DNA from: Octopus sinensis | Lineage: Eukaryota | Assembly (NCBI RefSeq): GCF_006345805.1 | Contig: NC_043009.1 | Location: forward strand, 45,012,001 to 45,076,000 | DNA length: 64,000 nt | Direction: 5' to 3' | Shown: positions 51,893 to 64,000 of the stretch, piece by piece | Numbering within the stretch: position 1 is the stretch's first letter | How the letters are laid out: each line of letters starts with the position of its first letter | Made by a program: the position numbers and the translations under genes | The notes under the pieces: generated by a model | The model's input: only the letters and a program-made list of their open reading frames with translations | The model's database searches: none | Told to the model about the DNA's origin: nothing

Positions 51893-53111
51893 TATTGGTC
51901 GGTCAAAAATTTCCGGCTCAGGTAAAACAGCTGTCAGGTGTTCAAGTTCTCTAAAAATTGTCGTTAATCATAAATTACCATAGCAAACGTAAAGTGGCTT
52001 CAATCAGAATTCGAAATCGTATCCCGTAGTCCGTTTTACAAGAGTTTACCTACAAGACAACTTCTCACGATTCCTTTAAACGTCTACGCAGCAGAGTTCT
52101 TCTGTTATCAGTTTATGTAAGAATATTTATTACCGAGATTTTCTGTAAATAGAATTACGTCTGCATCTCTAAGAAGTCATCCTCCTGGGTAAGTTCTACC
52201 GTTGAGAACTGATAGGAATAACGTTACCATAGAAACATATTGATTTCATTTCATTAAACAGAAAACCATTTGCATCTTATCGTGGAATATTACAGTCTAG
52301 ACTGTAAAACCTGGCTGTAATGTCTGCTTTAAATGGGCCGCACAACACGTTCACTTAAGGATTGAGCCAATAAAGGAGACTACGCAGTCGCTCGACTCGA
52401 TAAATTGACAGTCCTGAAAAAATACAACAACAAAAAGAAAGGACATCTGATAATGTAGATCTAGACAAGTGATTCTCAACCATTTTGTACTTATCGACCT
52501 CTTTGATTAGTATTTCACTCTGGTTAACCCCTACAGCCATTCTATGTTTAAAAATTAGTTTTATAGATACTTCTTTTAAAATTCCTATTTTGTTTTTGCA
52601 AACATTAACGCGTGTAGGTTAAACTATGTAAAATGTTAAAGAAAGAAATCTGTTTTTTTTTTCCAATGAATATATCTCAATCAAAAATTTTCCATGGACC
52701 CTTAATATATTACTGTGTGTAACTAATTTATCATTTTGCTTACACGGACCTCCAAAAATTCGTATGTGGACTCAACAAGTCAAAGATCAAAGGAAACCAG
52801 AATGGCCACATTTGGGAAACAACAAATCATAAAGCTGCTCGTTCAAGGTTGACTTGGAGCTAAACAACAACAACATGAAGTAGATCGATCGACCGTCTAA
52901 AAACAATAGCAAAATATCAAGAAAATGAGCCGGAAATGAAACATCGAAACCTCTGGCCACAGGCTCCAATTGCAAATATTGTGTATGTGTGTGTGAGTGT
53001 GTGCGTATGTATGTGTATGCGTCTCTTCCAGCTGGATCCCTTGGAGATAACCTCACTTAGTGACTAGACGTTCTATTCCGCATGGTACCATCTTAACGCC
53101 AATGGCCATTC

Positions 53112-53362
53112 TCTCTTTACTCTTTACTCTGTTACTCTTTTACTTGTTTCAGTCATTTGACTGTGGCCATGCTGGAGCACCGCCTTTAGTCGAGCAAATC
53201 GACCCCGGGACTTACTCTTTGTAAGCCCAGTACTTATTCTATCGGTCTCTTTTGCCGAACCGCTAAGTTACGGGGAGGTAAACACACCAGCATCGGTTGT
53301 CAAGCAATGCTAGGGGGACAAACACAGACACGCAAACATATACACACACACTTATATATATA

Positions 53363-53431
<69 letters not shown>

Positions 53432-53603
53432 CATATATACGACAGGCTTCTTTCAGTTTCCGTCTACCAAATCCACTCACAAGGCATTGGTCGGCCCGGG
53501 GCTATAGCAGAAGACACTTGCCCAAGGTGCCACGCAGTGGGACTGAACCCGGAACCATGTGGTTGGTTAGCAAGCTACTTACCACACAGCCACTCCTGCG
53601 CCT
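53112..53603 (-). mobile_element. SINE family A, full length
   Basis: Near-consensus head and tail. Confidence 0.92.
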
Positions 53604-54465
53604 ATACATTCTGTATACATTTTCAATAATTTTTGCGTTTGATTAACACATCAATAATAAATTAGTTTATTAAAAAAAAGAATATAATTATGAGAGGGGT
53701 GCTCTGAGAGGGGCCCACAGGACGGTGGAGGAAAACGAAGGGGGAGCATTGAGAGAAAAGAAGGGTTAATGTTGAACATGAAAGGTTGGGAGGGAGTGGT
53801 TTGAGTAAAAGCTTAGTGTAAGTAATAATGAAAGGGTAAAAGGGGTAATAGAATAATAAAAAATATTTAGCTTAAGGTTCAATGATTTAAGTACCTCTAA
53901 GAGTACAAACACAGTGAAGTCCTTGGTTCGATCCCAGCGCACAGCATTTTAGATTTGGACATATCTCTTCTATCATAACTTCGTGTTGACCAATACTTAG
54001 TGTGTGTATGTTTGTGTGCGTCTGTGTAAGCGCGCGTGAGTATGTATGTGTGTGAGTATATTGCGTTGATGTAACCATCAACTTCTCTAAAAAAAGTGAA
54101 ATTTTCTAACAAATTCCTTTATGATATTTGTTCAAGATTGAGTTACAGATATTCCTTTGTCGTGAACTAGAGTGATTGATCTGTTGGAAACCTGGAAGTT
54201 GGTGATACTATTGTTCACCATCTTCGAGTTGGTGAACAATATGTTTAGGCCGATAGTTTATGCAAAATGTCTTGTATATGTGTTCAACAGCCTGATAAAC
54301 CGAGACCCACGAAATTTTGTCCAGATATGCAATGAAGTGTCTATGGTGGGCCTGTGTCACAAAAAAGGACTGAAGTATATTTTCTTAAACAAGTATCGAA
54401 TGTCAATGTATTAAATTTTGAGTGCGTGCGTGTGTGGGTGGTGGTGGTGGTGGTGGTGGTGGTGT

Positions 54466-54618
54466 GTGGCTGTGTGGTAAGAAGGTTGTTTCCCAACCAC
54501 ATAGTTTCAGGTTCAGTACCACTGCGTGGCACCTTGAGCAACTGTCTTCTACTATAGCATCGGGCCGACCAAAGCCTTGTGTGTGGATTTGATAGACGGA
54601 AACTGAAAGAAGCGCGTC

Positions 54619-54621
<3 letters not shown>
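54466..54621 (+). mobile_element. SINE family A 5' half
   Basis: Matches the family A head. Confidence 0.85.
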
Positions 54622-54684
<63 letters not shown>

Positions 54685-54807
54685 GAAAGAATGGAGTCGA
54701 ACGAAGATGTTAACATACACATACATACGCACACACTCACACACACATACACATAGGATAATTCATTCACCTACTTATATATATATATATATATATATAT
54801 ATACAAA

Positions 54808-55015
54808 TCACCGTGATCACCGTGATCACCGTGACCGACCAGGCTGTCAGATATTGCTACACATCGCTGGTGACATTGTTTTAGTCTTCAAATGACGCCA
54901 CCCCTCTGGCTAAGCGAGCAGGCCAACAGAAGAAGGAGTGAGAGAAAGTTGTGGTGAAATAGTACAGCAGGGATAACCCCATCCCCTGCCGGAGTCTCAT
55001 GGAGGTTTCGCGCTT
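54808..55015 (-). mobile_element. SINE family D variant 3' part with a (CACGGTGAT)n tail
   Basis: Minus strand CCGGCAGGGGATGG...CCCTGCTGTACT.TTTCACCACAACTTTCTCTCACTC is shared with 27340-27397; the tail differs. Confidence 0.75.
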
Positions 55016-55111
55016 CATGTATATACGTTTTAAGCTTAGAAAATGTTACTATTATTATTTACAGAATTGCAAAAGTTGACGCTGCTTACCAAAAACTATC
55101 ATACGCGCACA

Positions 55112-55155
<44 letters not shown>

Positions 55156-55198
55156 ACACACACACACACACGCACATATATATATATATACTAATAAT

Positions 55199-55450
55199 TT
55201 GTAGGTACGTGGTATTTCGTTATGCAACCATAATACACAATAAAGTATATTAATGTTTTTATAAGTCAAAACCACGTCCTACTGCGCTTTTACATTACTT
55301 TGTTAAGGTTATCTCTACTGACATTCTATAGAAATTTAGCCACCACTGATTTTATTACGAAATATGGCATATGCACTCTTCCCATTTTTGTCTTCGATCT
55401 CATTGTCTGTTTACATCTGATGTCTCGATACGAAACGTTGTAGCAAAATC
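55199..55450. mobile_element. MITE-like fragment related to 7594-8046
   Basis: TTGTAGGTACGTGGTATTTCGTTA is the reverse complement of 8022-8046; also contains GATCTCATTG...GTTTACATCTGA. Confidence 0.65.
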
Positions 55451-55497
55451 GGTTCTAGCTATGATTTCCATAGAATATTTGTAGAAATAACCTTAAG

Positions 55498-55540
<43 letters not shown>

Positions 55541-55565
55541 ATAACAGTCTGGATATTCTATTATG

Positions 55566-55597
<32 letters not shown>

Positions 55598-55630
55598 ATA
55601 GAATATCCAGACTGTTGAAAATTTGTGTTT

Positions 55631-55717
55631 TGCAACTGAAGATGGCGCTGTATTTCAAATTGATGTATTGCTTGCATCGTTCGATTAAATGGAGCCGCCT
55701 GAAACAGCCGTATTGCA
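55631..55717 (+). ncRNA. Putative type I minimal hammerhead ribozyme (Penelope-associated type)
   Basis: Stem I TGCAA/TTGCA; core CTGAAGA (55636-55642); stem II GGCG...CGCC; GAAA (55701-55704); minimal stem III C-AGCC-G; GUA triplet ending at 55712. Confidence 0.65.
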
Positions 55718-55824
55718 TTAATACCTTGACGTCCTTGTTATCTATTTACTTTTTAGTCACCTTACTTTGAACCTTACTTTGGCTGGCTTAGTGCATCAAT
55801 GAAAGTACTTTATTCAACTGAATC

Positions 55825-55879
<55 letters not shown>

Positions 55880-55914
55880 GAATGTGTGTGTGTGTGTGCG
55901 TGAGTGCGTGCGTG

Positions 55915-56120
55915 TGTCTGTCCCCCGTCACCGCTTGACAGCCGGTGTTGGTTTGTTTACGTACCCGTAACTTAGTGGTTCGGCAAAAGTTGTCGGTAGA
56001 ATAAGTATCAGGCTTAAAAATATTAAGTACAGGGGTTGATTCATTCAACTAAAATAATTCTTCCAGGCGCTCCCCCTGTATGGCCTCAGTCTGATAAGTG
56101 AAATAAGAAAAAGACAAAAG
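55915..56120 (+). mobile_element. SINE family A 3' half, diverged
   Basis: CCGCTTGACAGCCGGTG...CGTAACTTAGTGGTTCGGCAAAAG. Confidence 0.8.
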
Positions 56121-58076
56121 ATTTTAAAAAGAAGTGAGCATGGAGAATTGGCTATGTCTAAATGGGCTTTATAAGCAATAGATTGGGTTGGAGTGGAGCT
56201 GCTGATTTGAACCATCGAAGATTTTTGAGATGCAGGTTCAATACCGTAATCAACCTACTCAGTGATTTTTGAATCATATTCTTTCCTACATTAATTTCCT
56301 GTCTCCCTCCTTGACATACAATGGTGTTGTGATGGGGTAATCGTATTGAATGTAATAATGAATGACTTGCCTCTGTTGTTTTCGACATTGCTATCAGTTA
56401 GGAATGTTTTAAGCTATCTTCGGAGGTCCACACGCTCATCAAAGAACTTATCTCACCTGAATTACCTTTGATCAAGGGAATGACAAAAGCAATACGTTTG
56501 AAAGAAAACTGGGTTGACGAGTGCCAACAGAGTTAGCAATGCTAGACTCAAAACCTTCAAGGGGGCCTCTGGTTTTGCTTCTATCAGAGGAAGAAGGGCT
56601 GAAGCAACGACCTCTTTTCAAATTTTCCTCAACTGGATTTAACGGAGAGAGCACAATATCTCTAACCCATGGAACTGAGATCTACTGCTAGCAACAGAGC
56701 AGAGACTATTAAAACATCCATGAGGTATTCGTTCGCGCCAAAACTAGGACACAGATTAAATCTAATAATGAAGAACAGGAATAGGCTTCTACAGAACTTC
56801 ACAATTTATTTCTATGATATTTACCCCACATGGCTTTGGTCAAACCGGGGCTCTAGAACAAACGAAAAAAAAACAACAAATGCACAAGTTACCGTGTAGT
56901 GAGATCGAATTCAACACTACGTTGTTACAAAGCAGTCTTTTTAACTACACTGTCATGACCACGTCTATGTCTGTATGCAATAAACATTGTATATTTGTTA
57001 TAATGTAACTGGTGTTGCATTAATAACTGATTATTGCATAATAAATTACATAATTATAACGTAGGGCTTCCTTCAGATAATACCAATATAGTGCAGTCAT
57101 GTAATAATTAAATACATGGCATATATCGTTTGAACGTCTTCTTATGGTTTCTCTGTTAGAAAATTGTATCCAGAAGCTGCTTTATATATGAAATGAATCA
57201 TCAGCTGTTTAACTGCACAAGCACACAGATTCAAACACACGAACGTAGAAAGTCAGATACACACACGTACAACATACGCGCCTGCATGTGTGGGAGTATT
57301 CTGATGCGCAAAATTTTCACAGAGCAAATGTTCGATGTAAAATTAAATGGTTTCTCAGGATTTAGAAGGTTCCATCTGAATTAACATCAGTGAGACCAAA
57401 TAGGGGTACGTCACGGATTTCCCGACAAATGATGGTCCGGAACCATTATTAATCTGGACATAATTTTTGAGCGGACACTTGTATTTTCTGCGACTCTCCA
57501 GACTAATTTGTCTGCTGGGTGGCTCCATGCAGTGTTCCGCATCATTTGGAATATTTTGATGCCGATTATTGCTGTAGCTATGGTAATTTTCGGAATTCAA
57601 GTCTCGTTTATCTTCCAAGTATTGTGTCGGTATCCAGGATGGTAGAAAACTCAAATCAATGCAAGAGAAGGCAAAAGTGGCGAGAAAAAACTGGATTATA
57701 GGGTTTCGGTGCGGAAACTATGTTAGACTTATAGTATTGGTTCACCAATTGTGTATGGCATTGAAAAGCAAAGGAAGAAAATATTTTAATCCTTAACAGA
57801 AAATGATTCCAAGAAGTAAACTAGAATTAAAAAAGATGTGAAAACTGGCGAAAGTATTAAGCTTAATCGAGTGTTGGTTCCATGGGCTTCACGAATCGGA
57901 GTGATGGGGCACCCGAGTTGCCGGGTACCATGGTAATGGAATAGGCTGAGTTGTACCATGAAGGACAAAAACTGTAATATGAGTGAAATTACTAGCAAGA
58001 ATAGCTGCAAAGGTTGAAGAAACGTCATGGAATTCATATGTCTGAAATGTGTGACGAAGAACTATAGAGCACTAAG

Positions 58077-58182
<106 letters not shown>

Positions 58183-58186
58183 CCTT

Positions 58187-59031
58187 AAGCTCTACAGACA
58201 CGGCTCGAGAAACACGGGGCCGACCTGCCCGAGATGCGGTCAGAGCGACGAAACCGTTCTGCACGCACTCGTTCAGTGTCCAACAATTTCCGACCTGTGG
58301 GCTTATGTCGAACAACTGCTGTCACGTGTGGGACGAGTCGGTTTATCAGCTGAGTCTATCGTCAATATTGTCACGCCTCCTTCCTTCAAACGGGAAGGAA
58401 GAGCTATTTTCATCATCCTTGTGGCTATGGCGAAAGAATGTATCTGGTGGACGCGTCTGAAAGGATTGGAGACAAACACTTTCCTCTCTGGTCAATCTCT
58501 CATCAACTTCTTCAAGTACCACTTGAAAAGGAAAGTGAGAGTAGAGAGGCAAGTTTTGTCTAGCGAATGTTTTAAAAAAAGATGGGTGAATGTAGCAAGA
58601 ATGGCACGTATGAATGACGAAGCCACCTTGAGCATAGTCCTATGAACCCAGAAATCGAAAACAGAGAGTTGCTTATTTGCAAAAAAAAAAAAAAAAAAAA
58701 AGAAATATAAAATGTGACTTCATTGACCGAGGTTACCGTGGTCTTTTCCGTAGGCTTTTCTTTCCACGGGTAAACCTCACCTGTCCTCCCCTTTACACTT
58801 CATATTGACATTTCTGTGATAACGATCCCTATTGATCAATTTTTTTTTCCTCTCCCCCTTTTTTTTTTAACCCCCCTTTTTTTGTCCTCTTTCTCTCCTT
58901 TTACGATCCCTTTTGATCGAAACTCCCCCTTCCTTTTTTTTTTTTTCTTTTTTTTTAAACCTTCAAAAGAAAAGCTCTACCTTGTAATTTGTTCTATCTG
59001 TGTGCAGCCCTGTGTGGCTAATAAAGAAACA
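58187..59031 (+). mobile_element. 5'-truncated Tx1/L1-group LINE: ORF2 C-terminal zinc knuckle plus 3' UTR
   Basis: Open frame 58187-58645 with CPRCGQSDETVLHALVQC and KECIWWTR; pyrimidine-rich 3' UTR; AATAAA at 59020-59025. Confidence 0.82.
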
Positions 59032-59397
<366 letters not shown>

Positions 59398-59449
59398 ATT
59401 TGTAAATCTCGAATCTGACGAGAACCTCGTCTTCGAGCAAGTATATAAT

Positions 59450-60250
59450 ACAGATTAAATTGCAGTACTGTGGCAATGTTCCTCTATGATAAAGAGAACC
59501 ATATCAATGTCAAATAAAAAGGCATCCATAGGATTTAAACGATTTAAGGATACACCCCCATCTAAGGGTGTCCGAATATCCAGATGTATGTCACCATAGG
59601 AAAACGGTAAATGCACCTTGAAAGCTGTTAAAGGTTATTCTGTTATTTATCATGGAAATAAAAATGCTGGAGTACAAACAAGACCATCATTGGGTAATCT
59701 GGAAACTATTTTGTACTGGGAGCCATACTAAACAGGGTTCTGGCTTCCGAGGATTTTTGCACACAGTAGATATCCTTGAAAACTGCAATATTCTTCATAT
59801 TGTGGACAGCTGTTCAGGTTTCACCAGAATAGAAATGTTATATGAGAATAATATATACGCAGCGTATTTACCTTCAAACCATGCATCCTTTACCCAACCT
59901 GTAATCCAAGGAATACTGCATATTTTTTTTTGCGATGCGCATGCTAGATATGATGAGTTCAGATAAACCTGTTGAGAAATTTATTGCAGAATTTAACAGA
60001 ACAGATGTGTTTTGGTTTGCTGCTGAGAGAAAGTAAAATCATAAACAATAAAGAAAGTATAGAAAAAGTGTTCTGCCTTGAAGTTTGAAATTTCTCTTGA
60101 TAAAGAATTTGGCTATGACTATACATAAACGGTGTTGTTCGTGAGTTATTTCAATGCGCCAAAATTCTTCCTGAAGGTGCTGACAAGAATATAGTTTGAG
60201 TGGATGAATATTGATGTAAGATAACTCTAGAACGTAGCTGAATGAACATC
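59450..60250 (+). mobile_element. Decayed pogo/Tigger-like transposase (DDE_1) fragment
   Basis: ILHIVDSCSG (LLLLDNAPGH-like) and YLPSNHASFTQPVIQGI (FLPPNTTSLIQPLDQGI-like) at the expected spacing. Confidence 0.6.
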
Positions 60251-61159
60251 ACGAGAGACTTTCTTTCTTTCTCTCTCTGACAATTATGAATGTGTAATTA
60301 CCACTCAGTATGGGGTTCGAGTACACACCGGGGATGAAAGTAGATGACCTGATGAGATAAGTGAAAATGTGTGATCCATCGTGCTTGAACTCCAGTACAG
60401 CCAAATCAGACAATTGCTGTATTGATGACACTTATTGAGGCTGAAACATTTTCATAACTAATCTATTATTTTCAGACAATCAGATTGTACTTTTCTTAGT
60501 GGAATGACAATTTTTGAAGAATTCTTGAGATTATCTCCCCTTCTCGCTTGGAGTTGGTACTCACTACCACCAAATGATTGGGAAATCCATTCTGGAAGCA
60601 GAAATGACTTCAATTAATCCAAAATTTATTTTGCATGTTAACATTATCTTATTCATATTCGTCGTTGTAATACATACCCCTCCCACACACACAGATACAC
60701 ACACACAGATACACACACACACACAAATATACATTCATGACTATTTCAAATAAATGATTTTAAAACAACAAGAATATTAGCTTTAATTTCTCTGATTTCC
60801 TTAGAAGAAATAGAGAAAGAGAAAAAAAATATTAAAGGAGTTATCACTGGTTTTAGTTTTAAAGCGAAATAAGTTGCTTCTTCACATTTGTTGCTAAAAT
60901 AGAAAATAGAATAAATAAAGCGAAAACAAGAAATTGCAATTTTGATATGATGTTCAAAGAAATTTTACTCGGTTTGTTCTATTTTTTATGGTGAATCAAA
61001 AATATTTAATTTCATTTCGTACGTGATATGACATAATGAATTTTATGTAAAATCTATGGTGATCACGGAACCTCTTGATAGCATTATCGCCCAGAAGTAG
61101 TCAACTCTCTGAAACAGGAATGCATCTGTTATATATTGGTGTTTTTGGTGTATGTATAT

Positions 61160-61316
61160 ATGTATGTATGTATGTACACACACATTCACTCACAAAAATG
61201 TGTAGGATATACTATTATACACACACGTAAACACACATGTATGTATGTACGTACACACACATTTACTCACAAAAATGTGTAGGATATACTATTATACACA
61301 CACGTAAATACACATG
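61160..61316. repeat. Tandem duplication of about 77 bp at the start of a TA/CA field
   Basis: ACTCACAAAAATGTGTAGGATATACTATTATACACACACGTAAA occurs twice. Confidence 0.9.
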
Positions 61317-62663
61317 CGCACAGATATCTACGGCAATATATATATATATATATATATATGCACGTTTATATGTAAATAGGTATATATACACACACATATG
61401 CAATACGCATATATATATACACACATTTATATATACATTATATGTATATATATACATGTATATATATATGTGTATTTCTGTGTGCATATGTGTGTGTGTG
61501 CTCAAATACATATGTATATATACACATATATATATGCAATCAAACACACATATATATGTATATATGTATATACACACACACACATTTACATATGTATGTA
61601 AATATGTATATATATATATGTGTGTATATACATATATATACATATACATACATACATATATATAAATAAATATATATATATTTGAGCACACACACATGCG
61701 CACACACACAAACACACATACACATGCTCATCTATAGTTGTATATATGTATATGTGTATATATATCCTAAAATATTTCGACAATTGTTGAAGTCTACTCA
61801 TGTACGCTAATACGCACCAATATAACAGTTCTCCTACCTCTAATCTGGCAAATAAGGCGTCGGCTTTGTTTTGTTGAGGAGGTCTAATTACACCAGAACA
61901 CTTCAGAAATTACCCACCGTACTTATCAAAACCAGATTAACATATTATTACGCATTAATTTAGTGCTTTCCGCTTCTCATCAAATAAGTTTGACTAATTA
62001 GATCGTTATTGCTAAATCAATTGTGATCGCACTTTGTCTTACATTTCGAGCAGATAGTGTTTGAAGGAAACTTTCCAGTACGCGCGCGCGCACGCGCACA
62101 TACACACACACACACACACAGACACACACACACACACACACATCGAAATGATGAAGTTGACCGGCACTTCAAATTTCACTCATCGGTTCGTTCAACTTGT
62201 TGAACGTATGTATGTTTGTATGCATGAATGAAAGGAGTCATATATATATTTACATAAGTATGTATGTATGTATGTATGTTTGTATGTATGTATGTATGTA
62301 TGTATGTATGTATGTATGTATGGATGGATGTATGTATGTGTGTGTGTGTCTGTGTGTGTTGGTGTTGCACGTGCATGTGAATATAAGGAGCCCTTTTTAA
62401 AGCGTGTTTTATTAAATACACGGCCATATTCAAGTCTTATCTTCTTTTTATTTTATATTTTGCATATTCGAAATGTTGAATACGGATTTAAGATCCAAGT
62501 TGAGAACCACTGCCCCACATTATAATGTGAATGAAAAAGAGAAAAGGGAAGGAGAAGGAAACTGAAAAAAAATGAATAAATGATTAAGAAGAGGTGAAGA
62601 GAAAAACAAAGCATAAAAGAAGAAATGAAGAAAAGGAAGAAGAGAAGAGCAGAAGAAAATTGA

Positions 62664-62728
62664 ATTCGCTGGTATAATGGTATCACAGTCGCGCTGACAA
62701 AGGGTATGGGTTCGAGTCCCACGCGGAT
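62664..62728 (+). pseudogene. tRNA-like sequence (pseudo-tRNA or solitary SINE head)
   Basis: A box TGGTATAATGG, B box GGTTCGAGTCC, T-stem TGGG/CCCA, acceptor-like ATTCGC/GCGGAT; anticodon arm is non-canonical. Confidence 0.5.
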
Positions 62729-62745
62729 AGGAAATCCTTTTTATA

Positions 62746-62830
62746 GGCGCAGGAGTGGCTATGTGGTAAGTAGCTTGCTTACCTTGTGAGTGGATTTGGT
62801 AAACGGAAACTGAAAGAAGCCCGTCGTATA
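62746..62830 (+). mobile_element. SINE family A 5' half with internal deletion
   Basis: Head joined directly to CCTTGTGAGTGGATTTGG. Confidence 0.85.
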
Positions 62831-62869
62831 TATGTATATGTATGTGTGTGTGTGTGTGTGTGTTTATGT

Positions 62870-63115
62870 CTGTTCGAGACTGACATATGGAACATTGTAA
62901 ATCAGGAAATGTTTCGGCATTATTCCAACCCATTCCTTAAATCCTTAAATGACTATATGACAAGTATTAAACAATTACACAATCTACACGTCATCGCAGA
63001 CAAAACAAAATATATTGATGAAACAAACACTTCCATACATTCAAGATTCCTCACAAGCGCCATTACCAAAACATACAAAAAAACCCTGTAATTCCACATA
63101 CAATGACATACTAGC
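62870..63115 (+). mobile_element. Penelope-like ORF fragment
   Basis: FETDIWNIV..FRHYSNPF...IADKT...FLTSAITKTYKK, homologous to 38190-38750. Confidence 0.7.
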
Positions 63116-64000
63116 AGGCATCCTGGGCAGGCAGCCTGGTCTGTACGGTGCTCAGATGTATTCCATATACATATGTCTGTTTTCTGTCCCTTCCTCTCTC
63201 TGTCTCACTTGTCGAGAGAGAGACACATATACAACCAGAGAGGGAGAGAGAGAGAGATAGTGGGAGAGATAGAGACATAAAGAGGGACATACAGACATAG
63301 AGAAAGTAGAGGTCCAGCGGCGACTTCGAAGGAATAAATGTAACGTATAAACTTAGAGAAAGCTGGAGGTGGATTGAGTGTTAGGTGGAGTATTTTTTCA
63401 CTCTGTAAAAAGCATTACAGTGAAATAGATAGTACGTGGATTGCTAGAAATAGGAGCCAATACACCACCAACTCGACTCCCACATTCTATTTTCGGAAAA
63501 TAAGTGCACAGTTATCTGCGGAATGGTGAAATTTATTTAAATGACACGCAAAACCTGAAATATCAATTTTGTTTGGTGTTTTCAGCGGTCAACGTCGAAA
63601 CAAACATTGTTTTTTATAAGGATATACATACATACATACATACATACATACATACATACATACATACATACATGTATGCATGCACACATACATACATACA
63701 TACATACATACATACATACATACATGTACATATATATATATATATCGACCTATCTACCTGTGTATATACATATATAAAATTATGCCCCCACACTCTCACA
63801 TGTACATGCATACAAACTCCGCTGCACGCACATGTACACTCAAACGAGTGCGCACGTATTAAGTTTTCTGCGATTCTTCGTAAATCAATAAAATCGATAT
63901 CAACACAAGTATCAATCAATCAATCAGTCAATCAATCAAGTGCTTTAAAATTCAATCAACATGTATTTCATGCAATTGAGATAAATACAAAAACTGTTTG

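Noticed and set aside
56150-57720. Minus-strand ORFs at 56158-56654 and 57355-57654
   Set aside because: Only faint resemblance to a Penelope N-terminus and an RTE C-terminus; too degraded to call.

Overview
AT-rich, microsatellite-dense eukaryotic DNA with no intact host gene that I can recognise. It is very probably an octopus (coleoid cephalopod) intergenic or intronic region, inferred from its tRNA-derived CORE-type and Meta-type SINE families and its (TA)n/(TACA)n/(GATA)n/(CA)n load. Nearly all ORF-track entries are translations of microsatellites or SINEs. Supported content: dozens of SINE copies in at least four families; decayed LINEs (R4/Dong-like, CR1-like, RTE-like, Penelope-like) and one young Tx1-like 3' end; decayed DNA transposons (mariner, maT DD37D, pogo/Tigger, hAT MITEs); a Helitron helicase relic; a complete non-autonomous Helitron; and a 100-N assembly gap. 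The most interesting signal is a recurring class of short fold-back elements lodged in microsatellites. One carries a recognisable Penelope-type minimal hammerhead ribozyme (55631-55717) and another has an inverted-plus-direct pseudo-LTR layout (34501-35475). Also notable are apparent self-targeting SINE arrays and a Tx1-like LINE end inside a (TATC)n tract. All family names come from motif recall, not database searches.
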